A stretch of DNA of 63,478 nt, counting the filler, from Deltaproteobacteria bacterium (GTDB lineage: Bacteria > Myxococcota > JACRCW01), in the NCBI GenBank assembly GCA_016218805.1. It is 4 parts of 4 records of this genome, joined end to end, with 100 filler letters (N's around TTAATTAATTAA, not from the genome) between each part and the next. Parts side by side here need not be neighbours in the genome. Positions count along the whole stretch, not along the records: positions 29,282 to 37,874 come from JACRCW010000060.1; positions 37,975 to 58,961 come from JACRCW010000068.1; 2 more parts are not named here. One strand, written 5' to 3'. The notes below the pieces were generated by a model. It saw only the letters and a list, made by a program, of their open reading frames with translations. It was not told the origin of the DNA and ran no database searches. This document shows, piece after piece, positions 35,076-44,890 of the stretch. Within the stretch, counting starts at the first letter, position 1; the number at the start of each line of letters is the position of its first letter. Position numbers and translations under genes: made by a program.

Positions 35076-36500
35076 TCACTTCCCGGCGCGTGCCGCCTTG
35101 TACTTCGCCAGCTGGCCCAGCCCGTCGTACGCCGCGTACTTGTAGGTCTCAGACAGGGTGGGGAAGTTGAAGACCATGTCAATGAAATCGTGGATGGAGC
35201 CGCCCTTCATCAGGCACAGGCTGCCCACGTGGATGAGCTCGGTGGCCCGCTCGCCAATGATGTGCACGCCCAGCAGCCGGCCGGTGGGCGCCTCGAACAC
35301 GATCTTGGTCAGCCCGTCGGTGTCACCGATGATCTGGCCGCGCGCGTTGTCCCGGAAGCGCGCGCGTCCCACCAGCACCTCCACGCCGCGCTTGCGCGCG
35401 TCCTCCTCGGTTTCCCCCACGTAGCTGACCTCCGGGATGGTGTAGAGGCCAAACGGGATGGTCTCTGAGACGTGCTTCTTGTACTCCAGCCCAAACGCGT
35501 GACAGATGGCCACGCGCGCCTGCTCCATGGACGTGGAGGCCAGCGCCGGGATGCCAATGACGTCACCCGCCGCGTAGATGTGCGGCAGCTGTGTCTGGAA
35601 CAGCTTGTTGACCGGGAGCTGCCCGCGCGGGTTGGCAGCCAGGCCCACGGCCGCCAGGTTGAGGCTGTCCGTGCTGCCGCGCCGTCCCTGCGCCCACAGC
35701 AGCTTGTCCGTGGTGACCGCGCGGCCGCTCTTGAGCGTGGTGCGCACGTCCTCCCGGCCCACCACCTCCACCGTCTCCACGTCATCACCCAGCACAATGT
35801 TGACGCCCAGGCCCTCCATGGCGCGGTGCAGGATATCCCCCAGCTCCTGGTCCAGGAACGGCAGCAGCCGGTCCCGGCTCTCCACCAGCGTCACCTTGGG
35901 GCCCAGCGCCGCAAACACCGACGCGTATTCGCACCCGATGACGCCGCCGCCCACCACCGTCATGGACGTGGGGATGCGGTCAATGTCCAGGATGGTGTCT
36001 GAGTCGAACACCTCGCGGTCATCAAACGGCACGTTGGGCGGCCGGAACGGCTGGCTGCCGGTGGCAATGAGCACAAAGTCCGCGGTGAGGCGTTCGGTTC
36101 CGCCGGCGCGCCGCTTCACCTCCAGGGTGTGCGCGTCCACAAATGACGCGGTGCCGTACACCAGGTCCACCGTGTGGCGCTCAATGTTGCGCTCAATGCG
36201 GTCGCGCTCGCGGTCCACCACGAAGCGCTTGCGGTACATGAACTCACCCACGCTGATCTGCCGGCGCGCCTCCAGCTGCGCGGACTGGAAGCCGCGGTCG
36301 CGCAGGCCGGTGAGCACCAGGGCGCTTTCGCGCAGCGTCTTGGACGGCAGCGTGCCCGTGTTGAGTGACGCGCCGCCCACCTGGCGCGCCTTCTCCACAA
36401 TGCAGACCTTCTTCCCAAAGTACGCGGCCTGCGCCGCCCCCTTTTCGCCTGCCGGCCCCGAGCCGATGACCAGCAGGTCGTAGTGCCTGGGATTCCCCAT
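35076..36500 (-). CDS. sthA: Soluble pyridine nucleotide transhydrogenase
   Basis: IGSGPAGEKGA, GTLPSKTLRE without the redox CxxxxC, GGGVIGCEYA, AGDVIG.PALAS, YTIPE and FNFPTLSETYKYAA. Confidence 0.9.
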   Translation of the reverse strand: MGNPRHYDLLVIGSGPAGEKGAAQAAYFGKKVCIVEKARQVGGASLNTGTLPSKTLRESALVLTGLRDRGFQSAQLEARRQISVGEFMYRKRFVVDRERDRIERNIERHTVDLVYGTASFVDAHTLEVKRRAGGTERLTADFVLIATGSQPFRPPNVPFDDREVFDSDTILDIDRIPTSMTVVGGGVIGCEYASVFAALGPKVTLVESRDRLLPFLDQELGDILHRAMEGLGVNIVLGDDVETVEVVGREDVRTTLKSGRAVTTDKLLWAQGRRGSTDSLNLAAVGLAANPRGQLPVNKLFQTQLPHIYAAGDVIGIPALASTSMEQARVAICHAFGLEYKKHVSETIPFGLYTIPEVSYVGETEEDARKRGVEVLVGRARFRDNARGQIIGDTDGLTKIVFEAPTGRLLGVHIIGERATELIHVGSLCLMKGGSIHDFIDMVFNFPTLSETYKYAAYDGLGQLAKYKAARAGK

Positions 36501-36679
36501 GTTCCCTCCGTCTGCGTATGACAGGAACCCGCGCGCGGCCTCCCCCGAGGCTGGTGCGTGGGCTGTGGCGCCCGTTGTCGCGGGGGGGGCGCGCCCTTGT
36601 CAACGCGCGTTCGCTTCTGTCATGCCTGGGCGGGCGTCGGTGGGAGTCCGGCGTGGTGCGGGGCTGGAGGTTGTGCCGG

Positions 36680-37477
36680 ATGAGGTCCCACTGGAAGTTT
36701 GCGCTGCCCCCCACGCTGGCGGGCGGGGACGCGTACGCGGCGCAGGTACGCAGCGCGCTGTCCACCGTAGGCTGTGATGACGTGAAGGTGGCGCTCACCT
36801 ACGGGCTGCTGCTGGACGAAGTTATCGCCGGCACGGTGGACGCCGCGTGGATGCCGCCGTTGCTGTGCGCGCGGGTGGAGCAGCGGGGTGGGCGTGTGAT
36901 CCTGCGCGCCATCCGCGGCGGGACGTCCACCTACCGCAGCGTGCTGTTTGCGCGGGCGGACCGCGGGCTGACGCTGCAGAAGCTCAAGGGCACCACCGCG
37001 GCGTGGTTGGACCAGCGCTCCATGAGCGGGTACGTGCTGCCGCGCGCGCAGTTGCGCGCCTCCGGCGTCATCCCTGAGCAAACGTTTGCCCGCGAAAAGT
37101 TCCTGGGCTCCTACCTGGCGTGCGTGCGCGCCGTCCTGGACGGGAAGGTGGACGTGTCCGCCACCTTTGCGTCCGCCGCGGCGGCGGCCACGGCTCGGCT
37201 GGGCTACGTGGAGATGCTGCCGGAGCGGGCCAATGAACTGGAGCCGCTGGCGTTCTCCATGGAGTGCCCGCACGACGGGATTGTGGTGGGCCCGCGCCTG
37301 TCACCGGAGGAGGCGGCCGAGTTTGCGGCGCGCTTCAAGCGGATGCTGACGGACCCCGCGCCGGCCAAGGTGCTGTACGGCGCCTTGCAGGTGGAGGGTT
37401 TTGATGCGCCCGCCGCACCGGGCTACGGCGAGGCCATGAAGGAGCTGTTGCAGGAGACCAACGGGGCGGCGGCTTGA
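36680..37477 (+). CDS. PhnD-like phosphate/phosphonate-binding domain protein (orphan)
   Basis: Motifs VDAAWMPP, YRSVLFAR, D.RSMSGYVLP, GSY..CVRAVLDGKVD and PHDG. No signal peptide or transporter genes nearby. Confidence 0.8.
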   Translation: MRSHWKFALPPTLAGGDAYAAQVRSALSTVGCDDVKVALTYGLLLDEVIAGTVDAAWMPPLLCARVEQRGGRVILRAIRGGTSTYRSVLFARADRGLTLQKLKGTTAAWLDQRSMSGYVLPRAQLRASGVIPEQTFAREKFLGSYLACVRAVLDGKVDVSATFASAAAAATARLGYVEMLPERANELEPLAFSMECPHDGIVVGPRLSPEEAAEFAARFKRMLTDPAPAKVLYGALQVEGFDAPAAPGYGEAMKELLQETNGAAA

Positions 37478-37874
37478 TGCGGCGGGGCCCAAGACCCTAT
37501 TTGGGGCTGATGGGCTGACGAACAGTCGACAAAGAACGGTAGCGGCGAGGCCTGCACTTTCGATCTCTTCCACTCCAAACACGGTCGGGATGGCTTCACC
37601 GCAGGCCGCCCCACATCGAGGGCACATGTCCGCCAAACGGGATGTTGACCCCTGGACGTCGGTCTCTCCGGACGACCCAAATGTGGCGCTTGCGCTGCTG
37701 CTCATCAACAGCCCGGTATTGAGGTCGGTTCGCAGTACTTGATTAGCGGGGCCAGGGCCCGGAGGCGTGATGTAGGGGGAGATCCCATCGGCGACTCGGC
37801 TGATCAACGCGGCGGTGGTTGCTGCCGATCCTGCTTGCATGAAGGACACGGACCCCCGGGACAGGCGCATCGCG

Positions 37875-37974
37875 NNNNNNNNNNNNNNNNNNNNNNNNNN
37901 NNNNNNNNNNNNNNNNNNTTAATTAATTAANNNNNNNNNNNNNNNNNNNNNNNNNNNNNNNNNNNNNNNNNNNN
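37875..37974. other. Artificial contig linker
   Basis: N-run with central TTAATTAATTAA. Confidence 0.97.
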
Positions 37975-38273
37975 CCACTTTCCCCCTCCATCATCATCCC
38001 CGCGTTCCCTTGCAGCCAATTCCCGGCCTTCCCCGCGCCCTCACGTGTCCGCGCGTTGGTCAAGACCGGGAAGAAACACCCTCTGCCCTGGACTGCAGTG
38101 TGAGAGACAACAACGTCGACGGCGACGGCCGGGTTCTTCCCGACGAACAGCTCCCAGGTCGTCGCCTTGTTGAACATCGCGCGCAGCGTTCGGCGGAAGT
38201 GCTCGACGGTCTGCGGTGCGAGGCCGGACTTCAGCTTGCGCGCGAGGAAGCGCTGGATGAGGACGGGCATCAC
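37975..38273 (-). pseudogene. Tyrosine recombinase/integrase core-binding domain fragment
   Basis: IQRFLARKLKSGLAPQTVEHFRRTLRAMFNKATTWELFVGKNPA matches the integrase SAM-like pattern. Resemblance is lost after that and the contig ends. Confidence 0.65.
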
Positions 38274-38298
38274 CTCCTAGCTTAGCTAGGACGGGTGC

Positions 38299-38655
38299 TC
38301 ACGACGCCTTCTTGCCCATGAGCCGCTTCAGGGCTGCGTTCGGCTTGGGCGGCTTGGCCACCGCGGCAGCGACCTTCTGGAACTCCGCCGCCGGGAGCCG
38401 GATTCTCTCGACGTTGGCCGCCCACTCCAGTTGGCTCAGGAGCGGCGTCAGCAGCTGCGTGACCGTCCCGAGCCTTCCGGTGACACCGTGGCGAGCCTCC
38501 TGCCCTTCCTCGCCTCTCGCGCCGCCATGATGAGCAGGGCCACGGCCTCGCCCAGGAGTTCGCTCTTGGGCACACCCAGTTCGTCGGCGAGCGCCGACAC
38601 GGCCTCGCCCTGGCTGCCTGACAGGGTGGTCTCAATCAAACCGGATGGTTGTCAT
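38299..38655 (-). pseudogene. Frameshifted RHH/DUF1778-like antitoxin
   Basis: Three consecutive frames join as MTTIR / IETTLSGSQGEAVSALADELGVPKSELLGEAVALL... / TQLLTPLLSQLEWAANVERIRLPAAEFQKVAAAVAKPPKPNAALKRLM. The PPKPNAAL tail is DUF1778-like, and a GAGGGAG RBS precedes the ATG. Confidence 0.6.
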
Positions 38656-38773
38656 TCTCGGTTCTCCCTCACATTCGAGGGTAGTGCCCGGGAACTGGAC
38701 GATCAAACCCATGGCCTCCTCCTCCTGGCTGGGCCGCGAACCATGGGGGATGAAGGAGCGCCGCTGCACCCAC

Positions 38774-39814
38774 TCACGGCATGAACTGTTGCATATCCGC
38801 TGACGACAGGACCTCCTGCGGAATGCGTCCTCCCGCCGCCAACACCTCCGCGAGACCCTCGCCCATCTCCCCGCCCACCCACGCCCCGACCCGATCCAGC
38901 ACGTCGCGTTCGAGCACCTTGCCGGTGAGTTGCAGGCGCAGGCCGCGCCCGCGCCGCAGGGCCTGATCGTAGAGGGCAAGCGCAGGCACCAGCGGCTGTC
39001 CCGTCAGGCGCCGAACGACATCGTCGAGCCGGAGCGCGATCTCCAGACCGCGTCCATCAATGTCACCGAAATACAGCCAGCGACGGGGGCCCTCCGGCCA
39101 TTCCGTTGTGCCGGGGAACGCCTGAATCACCGCGTTGCCAGAGCCGTACACAATCCATCGCACCGCGTGGGCGCGGGTTGACATGCTGCGCGCGGAAACC
39201 GCGCTGGCGTAGGTGTCCTTGTTCTCAATGATGAGGCCGTCAACGCCGGTTCCGGCATCGTGACTCACCAGGGGTTCGTGCACACAACGGCAGCGAAGGA
39301 GCGCAAGGTCCAGGCGCCCGGGGCCGAACAACCGTCCCTCCGCCCATGCCTCCAGGCGCTTGTCGTCGCCTAGCAGGCGGACGGAGCGTTCCCGCACGGT
39401 GAGGACGGGTTCGTTCGCGCCGCCGCGCGCCAGGAACTCCTGCACGCGTTCCAGGAAATCCCACTCATTCGGGTTGAGGCGGGCAAGTCCGTGGACGAAC
39501 TCCAGCGCGGGGTGCCACGCCAATCCGCGCGCATCCCGCACGGGCTCGTGGGCGTCCGGGCCGGGCAGCGCCACCCAGCGCGGCAGCGGCGGTTGCTGGA
39601 CGCGATCGAATGACCGCGGGGAGCTTGGCAGCTTCATCACGCCCTGCTCAGCGAGTTCCCGGAGCAATTCCTCCAGTTCACCGCGTGCGCTTGCGCGCCC
39701 ACGCTCCTGCGGGAACGCCGCGTTGAACGCCGCCCACAACGTCTCCAGGTCCACACGCGTGCGGCCGTCCGCGCGCGTCGTGATCTCGTCCGCCAGCCGC
39801 TCGGCCCGTCTCAC
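38774..39814 (-). CDS. jetD: Wadjet JetD-like Toprim nuclease (DUF2220-type C-terminal domain)
   Basis: Toprim motifs IIENKDTY, VYGSGN and YFGDIDGRGLEI, plus IPQE. GTGA overlap with the SMC gene stop. Confidence 0.85.
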   Translation of the reverse strand: MRRAERLADEITTRADGRTRVDLETLWAAFNAAFPQERGRASARGELEELLRELAEQGVMKLPSSPRSFDRVQQPPLPRWVALPGPDAHEPVRDARGLAWHPALEFVHGLARLNPNEWDFLERVQEFLARGGANEPVLTVRERSVRLLGDDKRLEAWAEGRLFGPGRLDLALLRCRCVHEPLVSHDAGTGVDGLIIENKDTYASAVSARSMSTRAHAVRWIVYGSGNAVIQAFPGTTEWPEGPRRWLYFGDIDGRGLEIALRLDDVVRRLTGQPLVPALALYDQALRRGRGLRLQLTGKVLERDVLDRVGAWVGGEMGEGLAEVLAAGGRIPQEVLSSADMQQFMP

Positions 39815-42800
39815 TTCGAGGCCTCCCGCACCACCTTGGCCACATCGAGCGAACCGTCCGCCGCGTCCAACCGGGCATGGAACCGACCGCGCGTGTCCCG
39901 TTTCTCGTTGCGGATGCGCAGCCGGTTGGGGAGTTCGCTCAATGCCTCCAGGTCCTCCACGCCGGTGGTGTAGACAAGCTGGATTCCGTGGGCCGCCGCC
40001 ATCTCACGCTGGAGCGCCACGAATTCCTTCTTGCTGCAAGTGCCGATGGGATTGTCGAGAAACAGGACCTGTGTGGCGTCCCGCCGCGCGCCGCGTTGCA
40101 GCGCGCGCAGCTTCACCAGCGCGCAATAGAAGAGAATCGCGGTGGTCAGGCGTTCGCCGCCGGAGAAGCTCCCCATGGACTCCACGGGAAGATAGTTCCG
40201 TCGACGGTGCACCTCCGGCTTGAGCAGCTCCACCGTGAGACCGCCCCGGGTCAGCTCCCGCACCAACCGCTGCACCAGCGCGAGCCCCTGCGCGACGCGC
40301 TCCTCGGTGACCATCTGAGCCAGCAGCGCCTTGGCGACGCCGAGCCGTTCCTGCGGTGACCGCGGGGCCTTGTGCCGCGCGCGGATAAACGGCAAGCCAC
40401 CCCATTCCACAACGTGCGCCGGGAACCGTGAGCTGCGGTCCAGCGCGTCCAGGACCCGCAGCGCGGGCTCCGCAACGCTCACCAACTCCTGCGCCAGGAG
40501 ATCGCGGTGGTGCTCAATGTCATCAAGTTCAATGCGGATCGTCGTCGCACGCAATTGGACGTCGTCAGCAAGCTGCGCGGAGCGGTCCAACAGGCGGACG
40601 GAGTCCTCGTCCTGGAGTTGATCAAGCAGCGTCTGCGGAACGGTCACGCCGGCGGACAGCAGCCGCACCAGCGCTCTGGACGCGTGGTGGGCCCGCTCCT
40701 TGATCGCGTTGATCGCCGCAAAGCTCGTCCGCAGGTCGCCGGCATGACGTTCGAGTTTCGCTTGGACCTGATCGAGCCGGTCGAGCGGTCCCTCGGTGAG
40801 CGGACGGTACGAAATCGCCTGCGCCTCCGGGAGATCGCGCACCAGCTCCATGCTCTCCGTGGCCCGGACGAGCCACCCGTCGAGGTCGCGCACATCGTCA
40901 CGACGAACACCCAGGCGCTCCTCCGCGGATTGCCGGGCTTTCTCGGCCTCCGCCTCGTCACCGCGTGCTTCGGTCGCCTCCTGCTCGCGCGCGGCCACCT
41001 GCTGGGCCAGCGTGTCCATGGACCAACCGTCGCACTCCTTGAACCAGCGCCCCGCCTCCGCGCCTTTTTCCCGGCGCAGTTGCTGGTAGTCCCGCTCCGG
41101 TTCCCGCGCGTCGGCCTGGGCCACCGCGTTCCGTCCTCGCGCCTGGTCCAGCGCCTCGTCCGCCGCTGCCCTCGCGTCCGCGGACGCGCGTCGGCACGCA
41201 TCCACACCGGCTCCCTTGAGGACGCCGTCAAGCCGTTGCGCCAATTGTTCCGGCGTCACGGACAACCTGCGGCCCGCCGCGTCCACGTCTCGCGCGTGGT
41301 CCGCCTCCTGCCGCTGCAACTCGCCCAATTGACCATCCAGCTCGTCGCGACCCACCGCCCGCTCATAGACACGGCGCGCAAGCGCGAAGCGTTCTCGCGC
41401 AACCTCCGTCGACACGTCGGCCGCGGCGGGTGCCGCGCAATGCTGGGCAACCTCAAGACGCTCCTTGGCCAACGGGTCACGCTCGCGCAACGCCGCGTGC
41501 CGCCGCTCCGACAACTCGCCCAGGCGCGCATCCAGCGCTTCCCGCCGCGCCCGCAACGCGCTCGCCGCGTCCTCTTCCTTTTTCAACGCGCTTTCCCGCT
41601 CCACGAGGTTGGCGCGGAGCGTCTCCACGGCTCCACCACCCTGGTCAACAAACGCCGCGAGTTCCACGCGCGCCTGGAACGCGCGATCCCGACGCTCCGT
41701 GGCCCGCAGCGCTGCGGTGGCCGCCCGCGCTGCTTCCGCCTGCGCGGCCGCCTGACGCGACAAGGCATCCTTTGCGCGGGCGGCCGCGGACTCCCCGGCC
41801 GCCGCCGCCGCTTCCACGGCGCGGAGGACGTCGCTCTCCCACGTCGGGGGATACCGCGCGGCCAGTTGCTCCAGCGCCGCCGCAAGGTTGGTCGCAACCT
41901 GTGCATCGTGCTCCAGCGCATCGGACTCGGCGCGGTGCTTCTCGCGCTCCAGGCGCAGGCGTTCCAGTTCGGCGCGCGCAGCGTCACGCTCCCACGCAGC
42001 CTTGACCGGGGGAACCACGTGGACCGGCCGCCGGGCCGCCACCGAAAGAAGGTCCGACGTGGAGCCGACCGCAACCGGCACATCCAGCGCGAGCCCGGCC
42101 AGCGAGGGCGCCCCCGCGACGAGGTCCAGTTGCCCGGCCGGAACCACCACGCCCGCGGCGAGTTCCGGATTCGCGGTGACCAGCGCGGCCACGCGCCCGG
42201 TCTTTTCGTTATCTACCAGGTACGCAAGCCCGAGATGGGCCTGGATTCCGTCGGCCCGCAGCGCCTGCTGCACCTGCTCCGCGGCCAGCGACCCCGGTAA
42301 AAGTCCTCCATTCTCCAGCGAAGCAATCGCGCGGTCCGCCTGCGCATCCCGCGCCCGCAACTCAAGCACCCGGCCCTGCGCCACGCGCGCGCGCGCCCGC
42401 AGGCGTTCCACCGTGGACACGGCCTGTCCCGGCAACGTGGGAGCATCTCCTTCAAGGAGCCGCGCCAGCTCTGCGTGGGTTCTCCATGACGCCCACTCAC
42501 GGCGCGCGTCGGTCAGCTTGGATTCCAGCGCGGCACGCTCCGCCTGCGCCGAACGGTTCTCCGCGTTCGCCTCGCCGTGCGCGCGCTGCGCCGCGTCGAC
42601 ACGTATCCGCGCCGCGGCCTCCGCCTCGCGCGACGCGGCAACCTCCACGGCGGCCTCGTCATGCTGGCGGGTAGCGCGCGCCACCGCGTCTTCCGCGGCT
42701 TCGTTCACCAGCAACAGGCCGCGTGCCTCAAGCTCCGTGCGACGCTCCTCGAGCCGTTCAAGCGTCTTCGCCAACTCGCGGATCTCGGCGGCCAGCACAC

Positions 42801-44178
42801 CGGACCTCCGGCTTGACGCCTCCAACTGATCACGCACCTCCCGGTTCTCCGCTTCCGCCGCCGCCTCCTGCGCGCAGAGCGCGGCCACGTGCTCATCCAG
42901 GCCCGCCAGGTCCGCGTCAACGCACGCCAACAACGTCGCCGCCGCGTGCTGCCACTCCTCCAGCAACGGCCGGTGTTCCTCCTGCCTCCGCGCAATCTCC
43001 TGGCGAATCACCGTCATCCTGCCCCGTACCTGGTGGAGTTTCTCCACGGGCACCAGCGCGTCGGCCAGCGCCGCCTCGCGGGCCGCGGCCGAACGCGCGT
43101 CCTCGCACGCCTTCTCATCCCGTTCGGCCTGTTCCCGCACGAGCACCGCGCGCCGGTAGCGGAACACGCGGGCGGCCCATTGCGCATGGTTCCGTCGCTG
43201 TGACGCCGTCTGGTAGCGCGCGGCCTGCCGTTCCCGCTCCGCCTCCAGGATGCGGATGTCGCCGTGGCGCGCGTCCAGCGTCTGTTGCAGCGCCCCCCGC
43301 AGCACATGCAGGCCGCCCACCGCGTCAACCAGAACCGCGTGCTGTTCCACGCGCTCCTTGGCCAGCGCCGCCAGCGGCCGCAGCTGCGCGTGGATCTTCT
43401 CCAGTGACGCCGCTTCCGCAACCAGCACCGGGTGCCGGCGAACGGTCTCCTTGTGCTTGGCGATGTTGGCGCTGACCTGCCCCGCATCATCCGGCGGCAT
43501 CACCACCTCCAGGATGAAGTCAACAAACTCCGCCGTCGTGCGGAACCGGAACAGCTCATCCGCTCCGCCTTCCCGGCGGTTCATCTCCACCTGGTAGCCA
43601 AACACCTCGGGATCAATGCCAAACGAATCCAACAGCCGCATCCAGTCCGCGTGCTTGTCCTCAATGGTGACCTGCACGCCGCGGCGGCCGTCAAACGCCC
43701 GCAACCCCTCACGCAGCGCAGTGAGCTTCCGGTAGCGGCGCTGTCCGTCCACCAGCTCGTGCAGCGGCAGCGTCCGGATGTCCAACATCGCGTGCGCCGG
43801 TTCGTCCATGCGCACCGCCCAGAACATGCGGCGCAGCTCGCCGCGCGGCTGGCGTTCCATGGTGCACGCCGTGAGAAAGCGCGCGTCGCCCTCGTCGGCC
43901 TGCCACTCCAACGCCACGGTCGCCGTGTCGTCGTCGGCAACGTAGTCCACCAGTTGGCGTGCGTGCGTGTCCTGCTCCTTGCCCATGAAGTCATTGCGGT
44001 TGGGACGCAGCACGCTGAACGCCAGTGACAGGATGGAACTCTTACCGCCCCCATTGCGCAGCCACAGCACGGTGTCCACGGGGTCTCCCCGTTCCCCGCA
44101 CAGGTCCAGCACCAGGCCGTCAAGCCGGGCGGACTCGTGGCCCACCGAATCAAACCGCAACGCCCGGAGTCTCGGCAT
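39811..44178 (-). CDS. jetC: Wadjet JetC-like SMC ATPase (1455 aa)
   Basis: GAGGAGG RBS, Walker A LRNGGGKSS, long coiled coils, signature FSGGE and Walker B LFLDNPIG. Confidence 0.88.
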   Translation of the reverse strand: MPRLRALRFDSVGHESARLDGLVLDLCGERGDPVDTVLWLRNGGGKSSILSLAFSVLRPNRNDFMGKEQDTHARQLVDYVADDDTATVALEWQADEGDARFLTACTMERQPRGELRRMFWAVRMDEPAHAMLDIRTLPLHELVDGQRRYRKLTALREGLRAFDGRRGVQVTIEDKHADWMRLLDSFGIDPEVFGYQVEMNRREGGADELFRFRTTAEFVDFILEVVMPPDDAGQVSANIAKHKETVRRHPVLVAEAASLEKIHAQLRPLAALAKERVEQHAVLVDAVGGLHVLRGALQQTLDARHGDIRILEAERERQAARYQTASQRRNHAQWAARVFRYRRAVLVREQAERDEKACEDARSAAAREAALADALVPVEKLHQVRGRMTVIRQEIARRQEEHRPLLEEWQHAAATLLACVDADLAGLDEHVAALCAQEAAAEAENREVRDQLEASSRRSGVLAAEIRELAKTLERLEERRTELEARGLLLVNEAAEDAVARATRQHDEAAVEVAASREAEAAARIRVDAAQRAHGEANAENRSAQAERAALESKLTDARREWASWRTHAELARLLEGDAPTLPGQAVSTVERLRARARVAQGRVLELRARDAQADRAIASLENGGLLPGSLAAEQVQQALRADGIQAHLGLAYLVDNEKTGRVAALVTANPELAAGVVVPAGQLDLVAGAPSLAGLALDVPVAVGSTSDLLSVAARRPVHVVPPVKAAWERDAARAELERLRLEREKHRAESDALEHDAQVATNLAAALEQLAARYPPTWESDVLRAVEAAAAAGESAAARAKDALSRQAAAQAEAARAATAALRATERRDRAFQARVELAAFVDQGGGAVETLRANLVERESALKKEEDAASALRARREALDARLGELSERRHAALRERDPLAKERLEVAQHCAAPAAADVSTEVARERFALARRVYERAVGRDELDGQLGELQRQEADHARDVDAAGRRLSVTPEQLAQRLDGVLKGAGVDACRRASADARAAADEALDQARGRNAVAQADAREPERDYQQLRREKGAEAGRWFKECDGWSMDTLAQQVAAREQEATEARGDEAEAEKARQSAEERLGVRRDDVRDLDGWLVRATESMELVRDLPEAQAISYRPLTEGPLDRLDQVQAKLERHAGDLRTSFAAINAIKERAHHASRALVRLLSAGVTVPQTLLDQLQDEDSVRLLDRSAQLADDVQLRATTIRIELDDIEHHRDLLAQELVSVAEPALRVLDALDRSSRFPAHVVEWGGLPFIRARHKAPRSPQERLGVAKALLAQMVTEERVAQGLALVQRLVRELTRGGLTVELLKPEVHRRRNYLPVESMGSFSGGERLTTAILFYCALVKLRALQRGARRDATQVLFLDNPIGTCSKKEFVALQREMAAAHGIQLVYTTGVEDLEALSELPNRLRIRNEKRDTRGRFHARLDAADGSLDVAKVVREASK

Positions 44179-44188
44179 CGCGTCCTCC

Positions 44189-44890
44189 TCAGCACGCCAC
44201 GGCGCGCAGCTGGTCCAGCGCCTGGTGACCCGCCAGTTCGCGCACCTGCACGCGGAAGCGGTGGAGGACCTGGTAGGTTTCATCCGCCTGCCGGCGCAGC
44301 ATGCCCAGGTCCGCAAGGTGCTCCAGCGTCTGCCGCACCAGTGCCTGCATCGTCTTGCGCGCGCGGCCGCCACCGGCCGTTTCGCCCACGGCCGGCCAGC
44401 GCAGGTACACCCGCCACGCGTGCTCCAGGTCCGCATGCTCGGCCGGCGGGTCGGTCTCGCCGGCGGCCAGTTCCTGCAGCCGGCGGCACGCATCGCGCAG
44501 GAACCCGTCAAGGTCGGCCACGCTGACGGCCTTCACGTCCACGCGCTCCAGTTCCTCGGGACGCGGGTAGACGTACGCGGCCAACCCCACGTGCACCAGG
44601 CCCGTCAGCACCCGCTCATCGCCGCTGAGCCCGTCCTTCCAATCCGCGGTCTTCATCGCAAATGGGGAATCCGCCGTCGTCCCTAGAATGACCCCGCCCT
44701 CGGCCACCTCAAGCACGCGGAGGCCAAGTCCCACCGCAATCTCATGGAGCGCGGCTTCCATGGCGGGGTCCGTGCGCACGCGCGCGAGCAACTGTCCGTA
44801 CTCCGCGTTGGCCAGCGGCCGATTGGACGGCACGAGCGCCAGCGCGATGAGCCGTGCGGCATCATGGACGGGTGTCGGATCAATGCTCAT
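44189..44890 (-). CDS. jetB: Wadjet JetB-like (KITE) subunit (233 aa)
   Basis: Position and size between jetA-like and SMC genes, start overlapping the upstream stop, and a winged-helix-like C-terminus LEHLADLGMLRRQADETYQVLHRFR. Confidence 0.75.
   Translation of the reverse strand: MSIDPTPVHDAARLIALALVPSNRPLANAEYGQLLARVRTDPAMEAALHEIAVGLGLRVLEVAEGGVILGTTADSPFAMKTADWKDGLSGDERVLTGLVHVGLAAYVYPRPEELERVDVKAVSVADLDGFLRDACRRLQELAAGETDPPAEHADLEHAWRVYLRWPAVGETAGGGRARKTMQALVRQTLEHLADLGMLRRQADETYQVLHRFRVQVRELAGHQALDQLRAVAC

Noticed and set aside
37301..37870. 189-aa minus-strand ORF as a real gene
   Set aside because: It overlaps the PhnD-like gene by 177 nt, spans the putative element boundary and has no recognisable motif.
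39811..44178. Housekeeping Smc/MukB or SbcC
   Set aside because: Operon context with a downstream Toprim nuclease and two upstream accessory genes, and no ScpAB or SbcD, fits Wadjet.
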